A DNA stretch of 62,328 nt, filler included, from Choristocarpus tenellus KU-1152 (taxonomy: Eukaryota > Protista > Phaeophyceae): the NCBI GenBank assembly GCA_964200185.2. It is 11 parts of 11 records of this genome, joined end to end, with 100 filler letters (N's around TTAATTAATTAA, not from the genome) between each part and the next. Parts side by side here need not be neighbours in the genome. Positions count along the whole stretch, not along the records: positions 35,977 to 38,994 come from CAXNAD020022908.1; positions 39,095 to 42,761 come from CAXNAD020018626.1; positions 42,862 to 49,302 come from CAXNAD020008137.1; positions 49,403 to 57,061 come from CAXNAD020005800.1; 7 more parts are not named here. The stretch is one strand, 5' to 3'. Position numbers and translations under genes: made by a program. Below are positions 38,050-49,648 of the stretch, in pieces (positions within the stretch are counted from its first letter, which is position 1; the number at the start of each line of letters is the position of its first letter). Under the pieces are notes generated by a model that was not told where the DNA came from, searched no databases, and saw only the letters and a program-made list of their open reading frames with translations.

Positions 38050-38953
38050 TATTTTTATTATTATGCCCTCACACATTTTGCAGATGTGTCAGGGAAAAAA
38101 ATGAAAACTATACACATGTCAGTATAAGCCCTACATAAACAAGATGTCATAAATGTGAAAAACCCTAATCTATTTGTTATTTCACTACTATCTATGTTGT
38201 ACTACTGCCCTCCTGTGTCTCCAATCTACCTATACCTCTGCCCTGGGAGGAGGTAGGGAGCCATCCCAAGAAGCCAATAAACCCCTCCGTGCCCATCTCC
38301 CTGGTGATTCCAGCTTTAAACCCATGACACGTCTAGACAGTGCGACTTGCGCAGTTACCGAGACAATTTGGCGTAGCTGGGATTTTACTACTTCTTTCCT
38401 GCTATATCCTCCAGTTCCTCTCCCCCCTACCATGTGAGTAGCCAGCTCATCCAGGAAGCATTCTGCTTGCTTGCCGAGACGCCCAAGACTTTCCATCACG
38501 AAGGTGTTGAGGTTATAACTACGAGGATCACAGGAGCCCTCGTAGTGGGTGCGCTTTTGTGCTTCAGCTGCAGCAGCAGCTACACCATTGCTGGTGGATG
38601 AGTGTGCAAGACGGGAGATGGCCTGCACTTCTACAAATGTAACATCAAGCAGAAGGCCTTTGTCCCCGTAGGGAGCTGTTTCAGCGTCTGCCAGTGCTCC
38701 TGCATAGAAAGCTAGATCTATGCGGAGATTCCTGTTCACTGTTCAAGGGCTGCCGTCCTCCATAGTACACAGGATGCCCATCCCCTTGCATAGTTGGTGC
38801 AGGCGTTTCACTATTGGAGTGTGCTGTCGTACCTGTCCCCCAGCCCTGGGGAAGGCACGGGCATGTCTGGTATCAACATTTTGCCTCCTGCACCCTACCA
38901 CTGGACACCTGTTGGAGAGGGCCTCCTCCCACCCTAGGGATCTGCTGACTGTG
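38050..38953 (-). mobile_element. Second CRE-like RLE retrotransposon copy; endonuclease frame open at 38230-38739
   Basis: RNLRIDL...LLLDVTF...AAAAAEAQKRTHY...ESLGRLG; collinear with 17420-18345. Confidence 0.85.
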
Positions 38954-38994
38954 GAGCCAAAGTATCTTAGAGGGTAGAGCCGTGTCCATTTGGG
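38954..38994 (+). mobile_element. Family A left TIR at contig end
   Basis: GAGCCAAAGTATCTTAGAGGGTAGAGCC. Confidence 0.88.
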
Positions 38995-39094
38995 NNNNNN
39001 NNNNNNNNNNNNNNNNNNNNNNNNNNNNNNNNNNNNNNTTAATTAATTAANNNNNNNNNNNNNNNNNNNNNNNNNNNNNNNNNNNNNNNNNNNN

Positions 39095-41971
39095 CTGTTC
39101 TACATATTGAGGAAATAATCGAGTTATTTACACACACAAGTCTTGGGAACACCAGTTTCTTTAACAACCTTTCTCTTTGTGCTCGAGATGGAACACCATA
39201 AACAAGTTCAAGGCCCACATGTGCAGGGCAAAGGTACCCTCTGATGTGTCCGACGGTGAACTGCTCATGCACTACATTGCCAATGGCAACCTGGACCTAG
39301 ATGAGGATGGCGATGCTAGGGATCCGGAAGATGATGATAACGTCTTGTTTTGTCTAAATGGACAGCATAGAATAATGCTCCTGAGAGTCATCGAGTGGGT
39401 GGCGAAGGAGGATAATATCCCATGTAGCATCAATCTCCCGGTCCACGTCACATCGCGATGGGCCTCAGACGTTGGAGCGAACCTCCAGATAGGCGAGCAC
39501 AGGAGGTTCATGTGGAAGATATATCCACACAATCCAATTCCACTGCCGCCCAGGCAGAGGAAGAATGGGCAGCGCAACCGTGGAAACTCAAAAGGGCATA
39601 CTTAAGGAGAATGTACACCAAGGATGTCCTCATCAAAAGGGCTGTCCTAGAGGTTGCCGTGCAGGTCATGAACGACCTCAAGAGGAAAGACAAGCTCAGG
39701 ATCGACCCCGACACTGACAACCCCTCAGCCGGGTCTTCAGAAGAGCCTGCTCTAAAGAAAGAATACATTCTGAGCAAAGAGGTACTCAATGGAGTATCAG
39801 GTTCATCATCTATCTGCCCACCATATTTGACTTCGTAACAAGTCATCTCACAATAAATGCCCTGATCGCGCACATTAATTTAACCCCCAAAATTCCACAG
39901 GTGAAAAGGGACCTCGTGTTGCGGGAGGATGTGGAGGAGGGTAGAGTCTACTTGGAGATCGTCAAGTACTCAGAGGGCGTTACCTTGAACACCAGTGGCG
40001 AACACTCAGGCAACCAACTGCATCATTGTACAACATCGCCATACGTGAACATCAAACATCGTTCCCTACACCAAACACATCGCCTCGACTCTAACGGATC
40101 TTACCGACGTTGGGGAGTTTCACACTGTACACTGACGCAGGGTTCTCGAGTTTATTATGTTACAAAGATGCTCGTCGAACAGATTTATTCATACTCTCTC
40201 TGTGTTGTGTCGATCGACACAACCTAGCACAGACTAAGAAATTATGTCGCGGTTCATGTCCTATAGTCCTATATGCATCCTCTTAACCCTATGTTACAAA
40301 CCCTTCTTGTCTTCCTGATTTATATGCTCAAAGAATCCGCCCAAGTGCGACGAACCACACTTACTCCTTTCCTTCCATCTTTTCCTCAGCCTTTGCCTCC
40401 TTCTCTATATCCTCCTTCGCTTACTTCTTTTCACCATCCTCTGCCCTCATCCTTTGCCTCCTTACCCTAAACCCTCTTCCCATTGTTTTGCCTCCTACTT
40501 CGCCTTGTCCTTTGCCTACTTGTCCACCATTACAGATATAACACGAATCACAAACATTGTGATCTCGTCAGAGAAAAACGCCACGTCTGAGCACGACCTC
40601 GACAAGTTCAAGTCCGAAACGAGCGCCGCCCACGAGAGAGGAGTCGCCCTTCTCCAGACCCGACCAGGAGGCATCGTAACCACATGCACAGCCCTCGGGG
40701 ACAACCACGATTCGGATCGTATCCAACTCCTCATCGACGAACTCTCCACCTTCTGCAATTTTGCACTGGTGAAGACACCGAAAGCTGGTGGTGTATCCAC
40801 GCCTATACCTTGTGAAGGACCCGACCCACTAGGTGATGAAGAGGAACAGGATACGCCATCGCCTAATCCTGCAGTAGGTGCAGGAAGCGGGACACTCCAT
40901 GGGGGAAGGGATCCAACCACCACACCCTTGGAACACGACTCTGAAGGTGATGGGAACCGGCCTGAATATAACACTTTGTCATGTCCAGAGGAAGATGTCC
41001 AGGAGGACGTGGGGCGGCGGCTAGTCATGGACTCAGAGTCCATGCCTGTTAGGAGTGACCCCAAAATGTCCCCAAATATCCATGCGGTGGGCAGCAGTAA
41101 CGACGAGTCCGTTGATCCCGACCCAACTGGAAAAAGGAACAGGAATGACAATACTGTGGAGCGAAATGTGAACTACGCCCATGCCGAGTCAACAACACCA
41201 AGGGTTGATTCGACACCATCAGGTTACTCACATAGGGACTACAAGCCTTCCACAAAAGGTAAAGGGAAGGCCAAAACGGCGGTCATTACGAAGAAGAGGT
41301 TGGGAGAACGTGCTGGATGGATCAGACCGTTCAAACGGCCTCGTGAAAATGATGGTAGAGATTTAGAACCTAGCTTTTTTGCGGACGTCTTCGCTTCTAC
41401 CAGAAAGGGCGGAGACGCGGAAAATGCAGCGCCATCTACTACGAGGCATGAGGATGACGACGAGACGTCCACGCATGGTGATGATGACGTCATGACACAG
41501 GATGCGGTGGACTCCAGCAATGCATCCGTCATGGGGATCACCGAAGCCTTCATGGAGGCATGTGTTACCGAGCTCCTATGATCAGCAACAAAACCCACTT
41601 TGTTGCAGTACCGGGTACAAGCCCAAATACTTATCCAGGTCATGTACGACCATGGGTTAAAGCTCCTCAAGGCCAGCAGAGTGGGCAAAAATCTTGTATT
41701 CAAGGATGACTGCTACGTTCCAGAGCCCACACAGCTAAAACTCAGCGGTCGTGGAGGGAAGCACAGCAGCACGTTGCGTCCGGAACATGTGGAAGTACTC
41801 CATGAAAGGAAGGCCATCTTCATGAGCCTCGTGAAGCCCGAACCATGGAACGACAGGTACTCCACGTGCCTAAATCTCTGGCACCTTCTAACCAAGGCAT
41901 ACCCGAAGCTTGTAGAGTGGTGGGAGAAGGGTGAGGAATGTCATTTCGAATCCGCCCATCAATTGAAATAG
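39095..41971 (+). pseudogene. Multi-exon gene relic of unknown function with an N-terminal ParB-like NGQHR motif and an acidic disordered middle
   Basis: LFCLNGQHRIMLL; acceptors at 39900 and 40535 (long pyrimidine tract); ORFs 40454-41581 and 41600-41971 share a frame across one TGA; frameshift near 39500. Confidence 0.55.
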
Positions 41972-42665
41972 GACTTCAGTCGTTTCAGTTTTTGTTGAAG
42001 TACGGATTGAGTTACTTGTGTCTGATTCGTGCATCAGTGTGCCTTGCCTTGGTGTCCGACTACCATGTTCATGCAGTTTCAATCAGATGGGTTATGCATT
42101 TACACAGTGGTATCGGATACATTGCTACCAGTCGGAGGTGTCAGTGTATCATATATGATACTCATCTTGAGGATTAGACCTGTGTGTTCTTATTTGTTTA
42201 ACAGAGCGTGTCCAATCCAAGGTTCAGACTACTAAAATATGAAACATTTTAGAAGCAACTTTTCTCCACCATCTTTTCCAGTAAGGTAAGGTTCCAATCA
42301 ATTCACCTACCTCTCCCCTGCTTCTCAATACTCTATGCACCATCACATGCTTTGTCCAAGTGTCGACAAACAAGGGCTGATCTCATCCTCCTTCAAATCT
42401 TGGAGGATCATATACCGAAGTCCACGCCCGATGCTCCTAAGCACAACACCAACCCTGAGCCTACCTCAAACACGTGTCATGAACTCGAATCTCCGCACAC
42501 CGACACTAACCATAACCTTACCTGAACACTTACACTGAGCCCATCTGCATCCCGTAGCAACCAAAAATGGACAAGAGACTTACCTGAATTACGTACCAGT
42601 GCTGTCATCGACCCTACTTTCACCAAACCAACCCTAGCTCATCAGGATTTATTCAACCCACTAAC

Positions 42666-42761
42666 GAGCCAAAGTATCTTAGAGGGTAGAAGCGCGGAGT
42701 GAAAGTATCTTAGAGGGTACGAGTTTTGCCCTGTTTGTCCGTTTGGGGCTTGGTTTTCCAT
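42666..42761. mobile_element. Family A MITE with a second A copy inserted in opposite orientation at 42697
   Basis: Left TIR GAGCCAAAG... followed 31 bp later by GAGTGAAAGTATCTTAGAGGGTACGAG. Confidence 0.85.
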
Positions 42762-42861
42762 NNNNNNNNNNNNNNNNNNNNNNNNNNNNNNNNNNNNNNN
42801 NNNNNTTAATTAATTAANNNNNNNNNNNNNNNNNNNNNNNNNNNNNNNNNNNNNNNNNNNN

Positions 42862-42916
42862 CCAAAAAAAGGGAAAAACGGAGCCCTCCCCCCCCCCCCC
42901 CCAGATACTTTGTCCC
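42862..42916. mobile_element. Family B/C-type TIR at contig start
   Basis: (C)nAGATACTTTGTCCC. Confidence 0.75.
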
Positions 42917-43399
42917 ACCAATTATGTCTAGATATACCCCAAGAATGACAAGGAGACAGCACAGTTGTTTCCGTGAGGGCGAGAGTCGTTTCCAGCTAGT
43001 CACATGTACCCAGTGTTGGGGACATCGTCACCAAGATGGTGTCATGGGTCAGGGTGGTGTTTGACTACCGCTTGGCAGGCCTCAAGTTGGACAAGATGTA
43101 TCCATACATTCGGAATGAAGTCAGTGTCTCTGAGGAGGGCCTGAAATGCTAGTAGTGCCTGGTCAAACTGTGCCATCCGTATGACCTCAGGTGTATTGGA
43201 TTTAAACACAATAACAGAAATATCTTCCTAATGGCCACCAAAAGAACACTTGTCAAAAAGATTCATGCTTTCCATGATGAGGCCTGGGACCTCACTACTC
43301 AGGAAACAGGCCGAAAAAGAAAGAGAAAAGGCTGAATTCAATAATGTGGCTATCTGTGTCTACAACATAGCTATCTGTGTCTACAACTTTGCCAGTAGT

Positions 43400-44150
43400 G
43401 AAGGTGAGAGCATGTTACGTCTCTTCTCTCTAGGCAATCATTTTCAACATTCTGATTTATTTATTTTTGCTCCTAAATGCCACTACTGATAAACACCAAA
43501 CCAGAGCCATGTTCTCATAGTTGCACACGCTGTCATCACCGCAATTCAGTGTTGTTTGCAAGGATGCGTAACCTTTCAGATTTTGCAATAATGGTCCTTT
43601 TCCAAAAAAGAACTTTTCAAGCTTTTCCGTTGCTGACATCCGATGTGCATGTCTCTTCACTGCCTCCTCTTCAGCATTATCACCTCTGTGCACAGTCTGC
43701 TTTCAACTTTTGAAGTGTACACTACTTCATTCTCCCTCTAAACAAGCAATCCAAATGCAACCTTCAAATTATTGCTAAAGAAAAAATGGGCTTCACCAAC
43801 CAGTTCAGGATAAAGTGTCATGACCGTCAGAGTGTCAATAGCTCCTGTCTCTCTTGAACTTGTGAAATATTTCATTGCGCAGTATCTCAAATATCAATGG
43901 TGCTCTCACAACATATTTCATCTCATATTTCAATAAGAAACCTGTCCTTACATCTATTCTAGATCTTGGGAACCATCACGGGGCATTATCCATCTGCAAG
44001 TTTCAGGATTTTTTAATGGGCAAGGGGCTGGAGATCTTGAACCGAGGAGTACCTCAGGATCATGAATGGTCAGGTATCGTTGAATTTGCTGCAAACATGT
44101 TCTCGGAGGAGGCTGTACAGAGACTTCATTCTGATGCACCATCGCTCATA
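43400..44150 (-). pseudogene. hAT transposase C-terminal relic
   Basis: KILKLADG.CPVM.PKI, L.PE, and RILA/AC..RTW.WFG fragments in hAT order. Confidence 0.45.
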
Positions 44151-45044
44151 TGATGCCTCTTGGGATGACAGGTAAGCCTCCCCTTACCTTCTCGGTGACA
44201 TCTCCATCATGAATATTTTTACCTTCCTTCATTCCACACACACTATTATCTCCTTACATATTCAAGAGTAGTGTTCATTGTAGGGGCAGCTGAAGTTCCT
44301 GACACGCATCACTATCCTCCCCTCCAACCAAGTTTATGAGGACACTATGGTTGTAAGAAGCCAAATCACAAAGAACAAGACGCCCGCCAAGAAGGAGGAC
44401 AAGAATGACATCCAGGAAAGGCACAAGACCAACTCAGTAAACTTAACCTATAGTGATGAAGAAGAGAAAGATAGAGAGAGATCGGCCTCACGATACAGGC
44501 AATTAGTAAAAGAGCTGGTTGATGGCAAAGTTGCGCTCCTCCTTAAGGCAGGTATGGGAGGCCATCACAGAGTGGTACACCAGGAGGAAGAGATCCTTGA
44601 GAAAGTTAATGAGAAGACACAAGCCAGAATAGCCAACTTGTACACCAATCTGGAGGGTACACAATCAACTTTGATACCTTCGACTCTAACCTATATCCTG
44701 ATGACATTAAACGCCATCTTTGTGTCTTGTCAAAACTCGAAATCATAAGATAATTACCAACTTCTACCAAGGAATATCCTGTGGGTATAGATGATGATGA
44801 TCCAGGAGGTCAAGACAAAGAGGGTGAGTATAGGAGGAAGATAGTGGTGGAGACAATGATGTCCAGGAGGAGAGTGAAGGCGGATTTGGGAGAAGGACAA
44901 TTCGACAAGAGTTGCATAACTTTTCTGAACACAAAACAAGAAGGGGATGAGCAGGGTTAAAGCTTCAAAGTCTCCGACTTCTTCAAGAAATACCAGGGCT
45001 TTTTTACCAGGCCGGACAGCTAGCATCGTTACTGTCGGTCACAT

Positions 45045-45330
45045 ACCAGGTGTCCAGGTCGTGGCCAGGACATAATGGAACAGTTGATAGTCATGGACTT
45101 GGTCATGTTCGAACTTGGTTGTACATGGCCAGGCACCAGCAGTCTCAGTCATGTTGAAACGAGCGATGGCCATGGACTCAGTCATGTCCAAACTTCGTCG
45201 TACATGGCCAGTCGGCCACCCCAGCCATATTAAGTAATGACAACAATGGACATACCATGTGAAAACATTGTATGGATGGGCACGAGATAATATTTTTCAC
45301 ATTCGGATCAGCCACGTACGTCATGAGCAC
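45045..45330. repeat. Family E repeat copy
   Basis: CATGGACTTGGTCATGTT units shared with 31175-31510. Confidence 0.6.
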
Positions 45331-45389
45331 CCATGTGCATCCCTCCACATTTATTTTAATCGTATGTCCTCCCAATTTATTTTAATTAC

Positions 45390-45585
45390 ATTATTATGCC
45401 CTCTCACATCTAACAGATGTGTCAGGGGAAAAATCAACAATAACTATTCACATGTCAGAATAAACCCTAATTTGTGGATAAATGTGAAAAACATCAATCT
45501 ATTCGCTATTTTACTACTACTAGTTATGCCACACCGTTCCCTTTCTGTGTGTCTAACCAAGGTTAGTCCTGTACTGCAGGGTGAG
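45390..45585 (-). mobile_element. CRE-like 3' UTR fragment
   Basis: ATTATGCCCTCTCACAT...GTGTCAGGGGAAAA. Confidence 0.75.
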
Positions 45586-45875
45586 GGTTTTTTTGTCATT
45601 CACTCTACTGTATCTTGTGTGACGGACAGGTCCCTTTGGGAGCTGATCGCAGTCCAATCCACATCCGCGCGCGCACATAAGTGCATTGCGTGCACATTTT
45701 TTTTTTTATCATCGGTGATTTTCCCGCCAACATCAAACACAGAACAGTTTGAGGACTCTCAGACCACATACGGTCGAACGTTCACAAAGATGGGATATCA
45801 CCCATGGGATCTGAGACCCTATGAAAACTCTTCCTAAGATTTGATGGCCGAGAGAGGTTTGGGTTTGCTGGAACC

Positions 45876-46242
45876 TGTTGCAATATTCTGCCCTGGACCC
45901 ATGGTTAACATCAATTGTGTGCATTGGTAGTGGACAATAAGTACCTTGGTGTGATGCACAAGAGGCTTGTGTGCTCGATTCCATTGACTGAACTCATGGG
46001 GCTCACAACTAACTGGTGGCACCCATTACTATTCCTATAGTGCGGGGTTTGCAATCGTCCACGCCAATTTACTATTAATCATTTATTTACTTGTCTTCAG
46101 TATAGCAAGCGTATCTTGAACACGACACAAATCAATGGACACTAATAATGAGTCAATACGTATACTTTATCACTAGTTCTCCATCCTATTATATAATCCA
46201 CTGGCGATGTCTATAGTGTGTCACCAACACTATCCACGGAAA
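45876..46242. mobile_element. Probable solo LTR inserted into the Gypsy LTR
   Basis: Absent from copy 1; begins TGTTGC; flanked by GAACC/GAAGC, while the empty site reads GAAGC; 3' CA not intact. Confidence 0.55.
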
Positions 46243-46909
46243 GAAGCACCCCACTGTAACACAACTGGTGAATTCTGAACACCCCCCACGACTGATTGGA
46301 TCCTGACTCACGACAGTGGTACTAACACCGACAGTTTAAGGGGGAATTCACCATGTTCGAAGTCCATATCATTGCAGCATCAAACAAAGATCCGACCGAA
46401 GACAAGTATGAATTTGAGGATGCAAAGGCGATACTCAACCTCTAGATAAGATCTCGTCACCTCCACCAAACCCACCTGGCAAATCCGCAATCCTAACGAC
46501 TGATTTAGGCGAAGGCATACCTTGGGAGACTCACAGAAGCTAGAAAGAGAGGCGACGTACAAACCAGGGTCCCTTTCCATTTTGGTACACCAATCGGGGT
46601 ATCGGTTTTGCGGTTAGGGCGAAATTGGAGGGGAATACGAAGTCTTGCGGGAGGTCATAAAGGATAATGCCAGTCAGCACATACTCAGAGACTTGATACG
46701 TGGCAGCTTTCATGATTTCACGTTAGCCATCTCAATCCTAACAACCACGTTCAACCTGGTTCAAGTTACTCGTGGACGTTCTAGCTGGCATTTACGATGA
46801 AAATTCTTTCTGCCAAAGATATTAAAGAGATCAAATTCTTTGAGGTACATAAAGAAGGGAGACAAGGCGTAACTTTGTCTGATTAAAGGGCATTTTTTTT
46901 TTGCCTTTT

Positions 46910-47175
46910 GAGTCAAAGTATCTTAGAGGGTAGAGGGTAGAGGCGTGTCCATTTGGGAGGCAAAATCCAATGTTGCGATTTTGATGTAATTTTGACTATC
47001 GTGTATGTTAGGAAGTGTCGATATCCATGTTCCGTACACACCTTTTCATAACGTATACATTTTACCTACTGAAAACATTTTGGAGTAGGAAAACGTTATA
47101 AAAAAAACCCATGGGAAGCCAAGCCCCAAATGGACAAACAGGGCAAAACTCGTACCCTCTAAGATACTTTCACTC
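46910..47175 (+). mobile_element. Family A MITE, complete, TSD TTTT
   Basis: Both TIRs present; empty paralogous site near 5445. Confidence 0.93.
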
Positions 47176-48772
47176 TTTTCTAGTTCATGGTATCCTGCCC
47201 AGTTGTGAACAAACCTGTGTTTGATAGGTTGTCACTCAAATAGAGGAAGAGATCATGCACATGAGCAACATCATCTCAAGCACACTTTTCTAACAATCCT
47301 ATTGGATCCAACCCAGTAGTTGACAATCCTTCAATAGGTTGTCACTTCAAATAAGGCCAATTAGTGATGCACTTGAGGAATAAATGTTTTGGTCAAGCCT
47401 TTTCTAATATTCCATTGGTTTCCGTACCAGTGGTGAGCAATGTTTTAACACAAATTGCCACTCAGATAGGGTAAGTAAAGAAAGACATGAGCAACACCTG
47501 CCTACACCAGATCTTTGCAATTTTTCTTTGTGGTCCAACCCAGAAGTGGATAACCAACCAAGTTGTCACTCAAACCGGCCATTTGATGATGCATTTGAAC
47601 AAGCACTGTCTCAATCACATCTAACTAACAATTCTTTGGGCTCCAACCCTGCAGTGAAAAAAACTACAATGGTTGATCACTCAAAATGGCCACATTACAA
47701 TCCACTACCTCAAATTCAATTTGTTGATGCAATAAAATCTTCAGCAGTGTAGCATTCTTCCAAATTTATTGGATCAGTGGGTGATTACTTCATAGCATCT
47801 CAAATGTGTTGCACCAAATCAGTGTATTATTGGCATATGTTTGCAATTCAACATTACTCTAAACACCCTTGTACTTTGCAGGTTTCATCTCATCTACAAT
47901 CGATTCCTGGAAAAATGGATGATGATTCAGTTTCACACATCACAGTTGATACCGCAACTGACATTCCTGTCATTAGCTATCGTTAAATGCAAGCCCATCT
48001 CACCTTTTGTTCAGCTAATATCAGTCCTATACCAGATGGTGCCCTACATTTAAAAGGGGCTGGGGGAAGACCTTTTGCAAATACGTAGAGCCGTATTGAA
48101 TTTCAACTAGCCTTGGGAAATAATTCTCTACCTGTTCAAGCAGTTGTTCTACCCTCCCTAGGTGTTGACAAAATACTTTTGGACAACAGTATCGTGACTG
48201 CTTTTGGGGTGAAGTTGGATTGGGATAGAGAAGAAATAAGTTTTTCTGGAAGCACAGATCGCATTCCAGCCACTCATAAAATTTCTCCTATACCCATTGT
48301 TAACCCACCAACCATCAGTCAAAATACTGTTCAAACCTTTTCAACAGACATGACAGTGGCTACAGTTTCAACTGAGTTCATACCTGTACATGTAAGACAT
48401 AAAACATATTTACACGTGGGAACCGAAACTCTTGTTTCATTGTGTTGTCAGGCCTTACTTACCTGGATCAGCCAAAGATGCTGCAGTGGAGATTATTGTC
48501 AAGACGAGCATGGACCTCATCAACCAGGAACATCACCACTCTCCATGGAAAGACATCATGGTCAGTCGGTCTTTAATTGTTTGGGAAGAGGGTGGATTTT
48601 GCCTAGTCAAAATTGCTAACCCTTCCAATCATGGTGTTAAGATACCTCCTCAATTTGTTGTGGGTCATATAGCACCAGTGGATCAAATTCACACCCTTTC
48701 TGAAGTACAGACCAGTATCATAGGGGCAACACTGAACACTTCAGAGGAGCTTAATCAAGCCCATGATGAGTT

Positions 48773-49130
48773 TGTTAAAACATAGGCTGCTCATTTGGTT
48801 CTTTTTGATATGATACAAAAACTGCCAGCTTGTACTGACTGTTGATTGGTGCACTGCACTGGTTATTATTGTCCATTTATTTATTGCGCATCCCAACTCA
48901 TCATCACATCGATGGCAGTAGATAGAAGTATAGCATAATTCTTGACTGAGAGATCAATGACTTCAGTTGCAACAGAACAAATACATCAGTGATTTGCATC
49001 ATAATCACATCTACTCATACCACAGACTGCGTATTCTACTCATCGGTGCCTTACAACACCATGATTCCTCTTCGCACGTAGTCTACCCATTTCGCTCACA
49101 TATACAATGCATTCGATTCAGGTTTCAACA
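48773..49130. mobile_element. Solo LTR with perfect 5-bp TSD GAGTT
   Basis: GAGTT|TGTTAAAAC...GTTTCAACA|GAGTT; absent from Gypsy copy 1. Confidence 0.88.
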
Positions 49131-49281
49131 GAGTTAAAATAAGTTTTCGGTAAAAAAACCCTCGTAGATACAGTGTTATCTGATAATGAACAAGAACTAC
49201 TTGACCCTGTTACTAAATATCAACCTGTGTTTTCACTCACTTCTGAGGAACTAGGCCGTTGCAATAATACCAGTGTTGAAT

Positions 49282-49302
49282 GACCCAAAGTATCTGGGGG
49301 GG
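49282..49302 (+). mobile_element. Family C left TIR at contig end
   Basis: GACCCAAAGTATCTGGGGGGG. Confidence 0.8.
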
Positions 49303-49469
49303 NNNNNNNNNNNNNNNNNNNNNNNNNNNNNNNNNNNNNNNNNNNNTTAATTAATTAANNNNNNNNNNNNNNNNNNNNNNNNNNNNNNNNNNNNNNNNNN
49401 NNTTGTTGCTTCTTCTTCTTCTTACATAGAAAATGTTTTTTTACCACAAAACCACACCACCCAAGGCCC

Positions 49470-49648
49470 GGGGGGGGGGGGGGGGGGGGGGGGGGGGTGT
49501 CTACGCCAGGGTGTCCATTTGGGCCAAAATCAAGAAAAGTGCATTTACAGTATCCATCGGATGTACGCAACCAAATCACCAAAAAATCGCGACGTGAAAA
49601 ATTGACCCAAATAGACAGCCGCCACCCCCCCCTCAGATACTTTGAGCC
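49470..49648 (+). mobile_element. Family C MITE followed by CCTAACCCTAAC
   Basis: G-run, TCTACGCCAGGGTGTCC...CAGATACTTTGAGCC. Confidence 0.85.

Larger units (their letters stand above)
45618..49281 (+). mobile_element. Second copy of the Gypsy family (5' LTR 45618-46261 through protease region)
   Basis: Collinear with 4708-7490, e.g. KMDDDSVSHITVDTATDIPVIS. Confidence 0.93.

Noticed and set aside
40516-41703. Minus-strand Ser-rich ORFs
   Set aside because: Antisense shadows of the acidic plus-strand exon.
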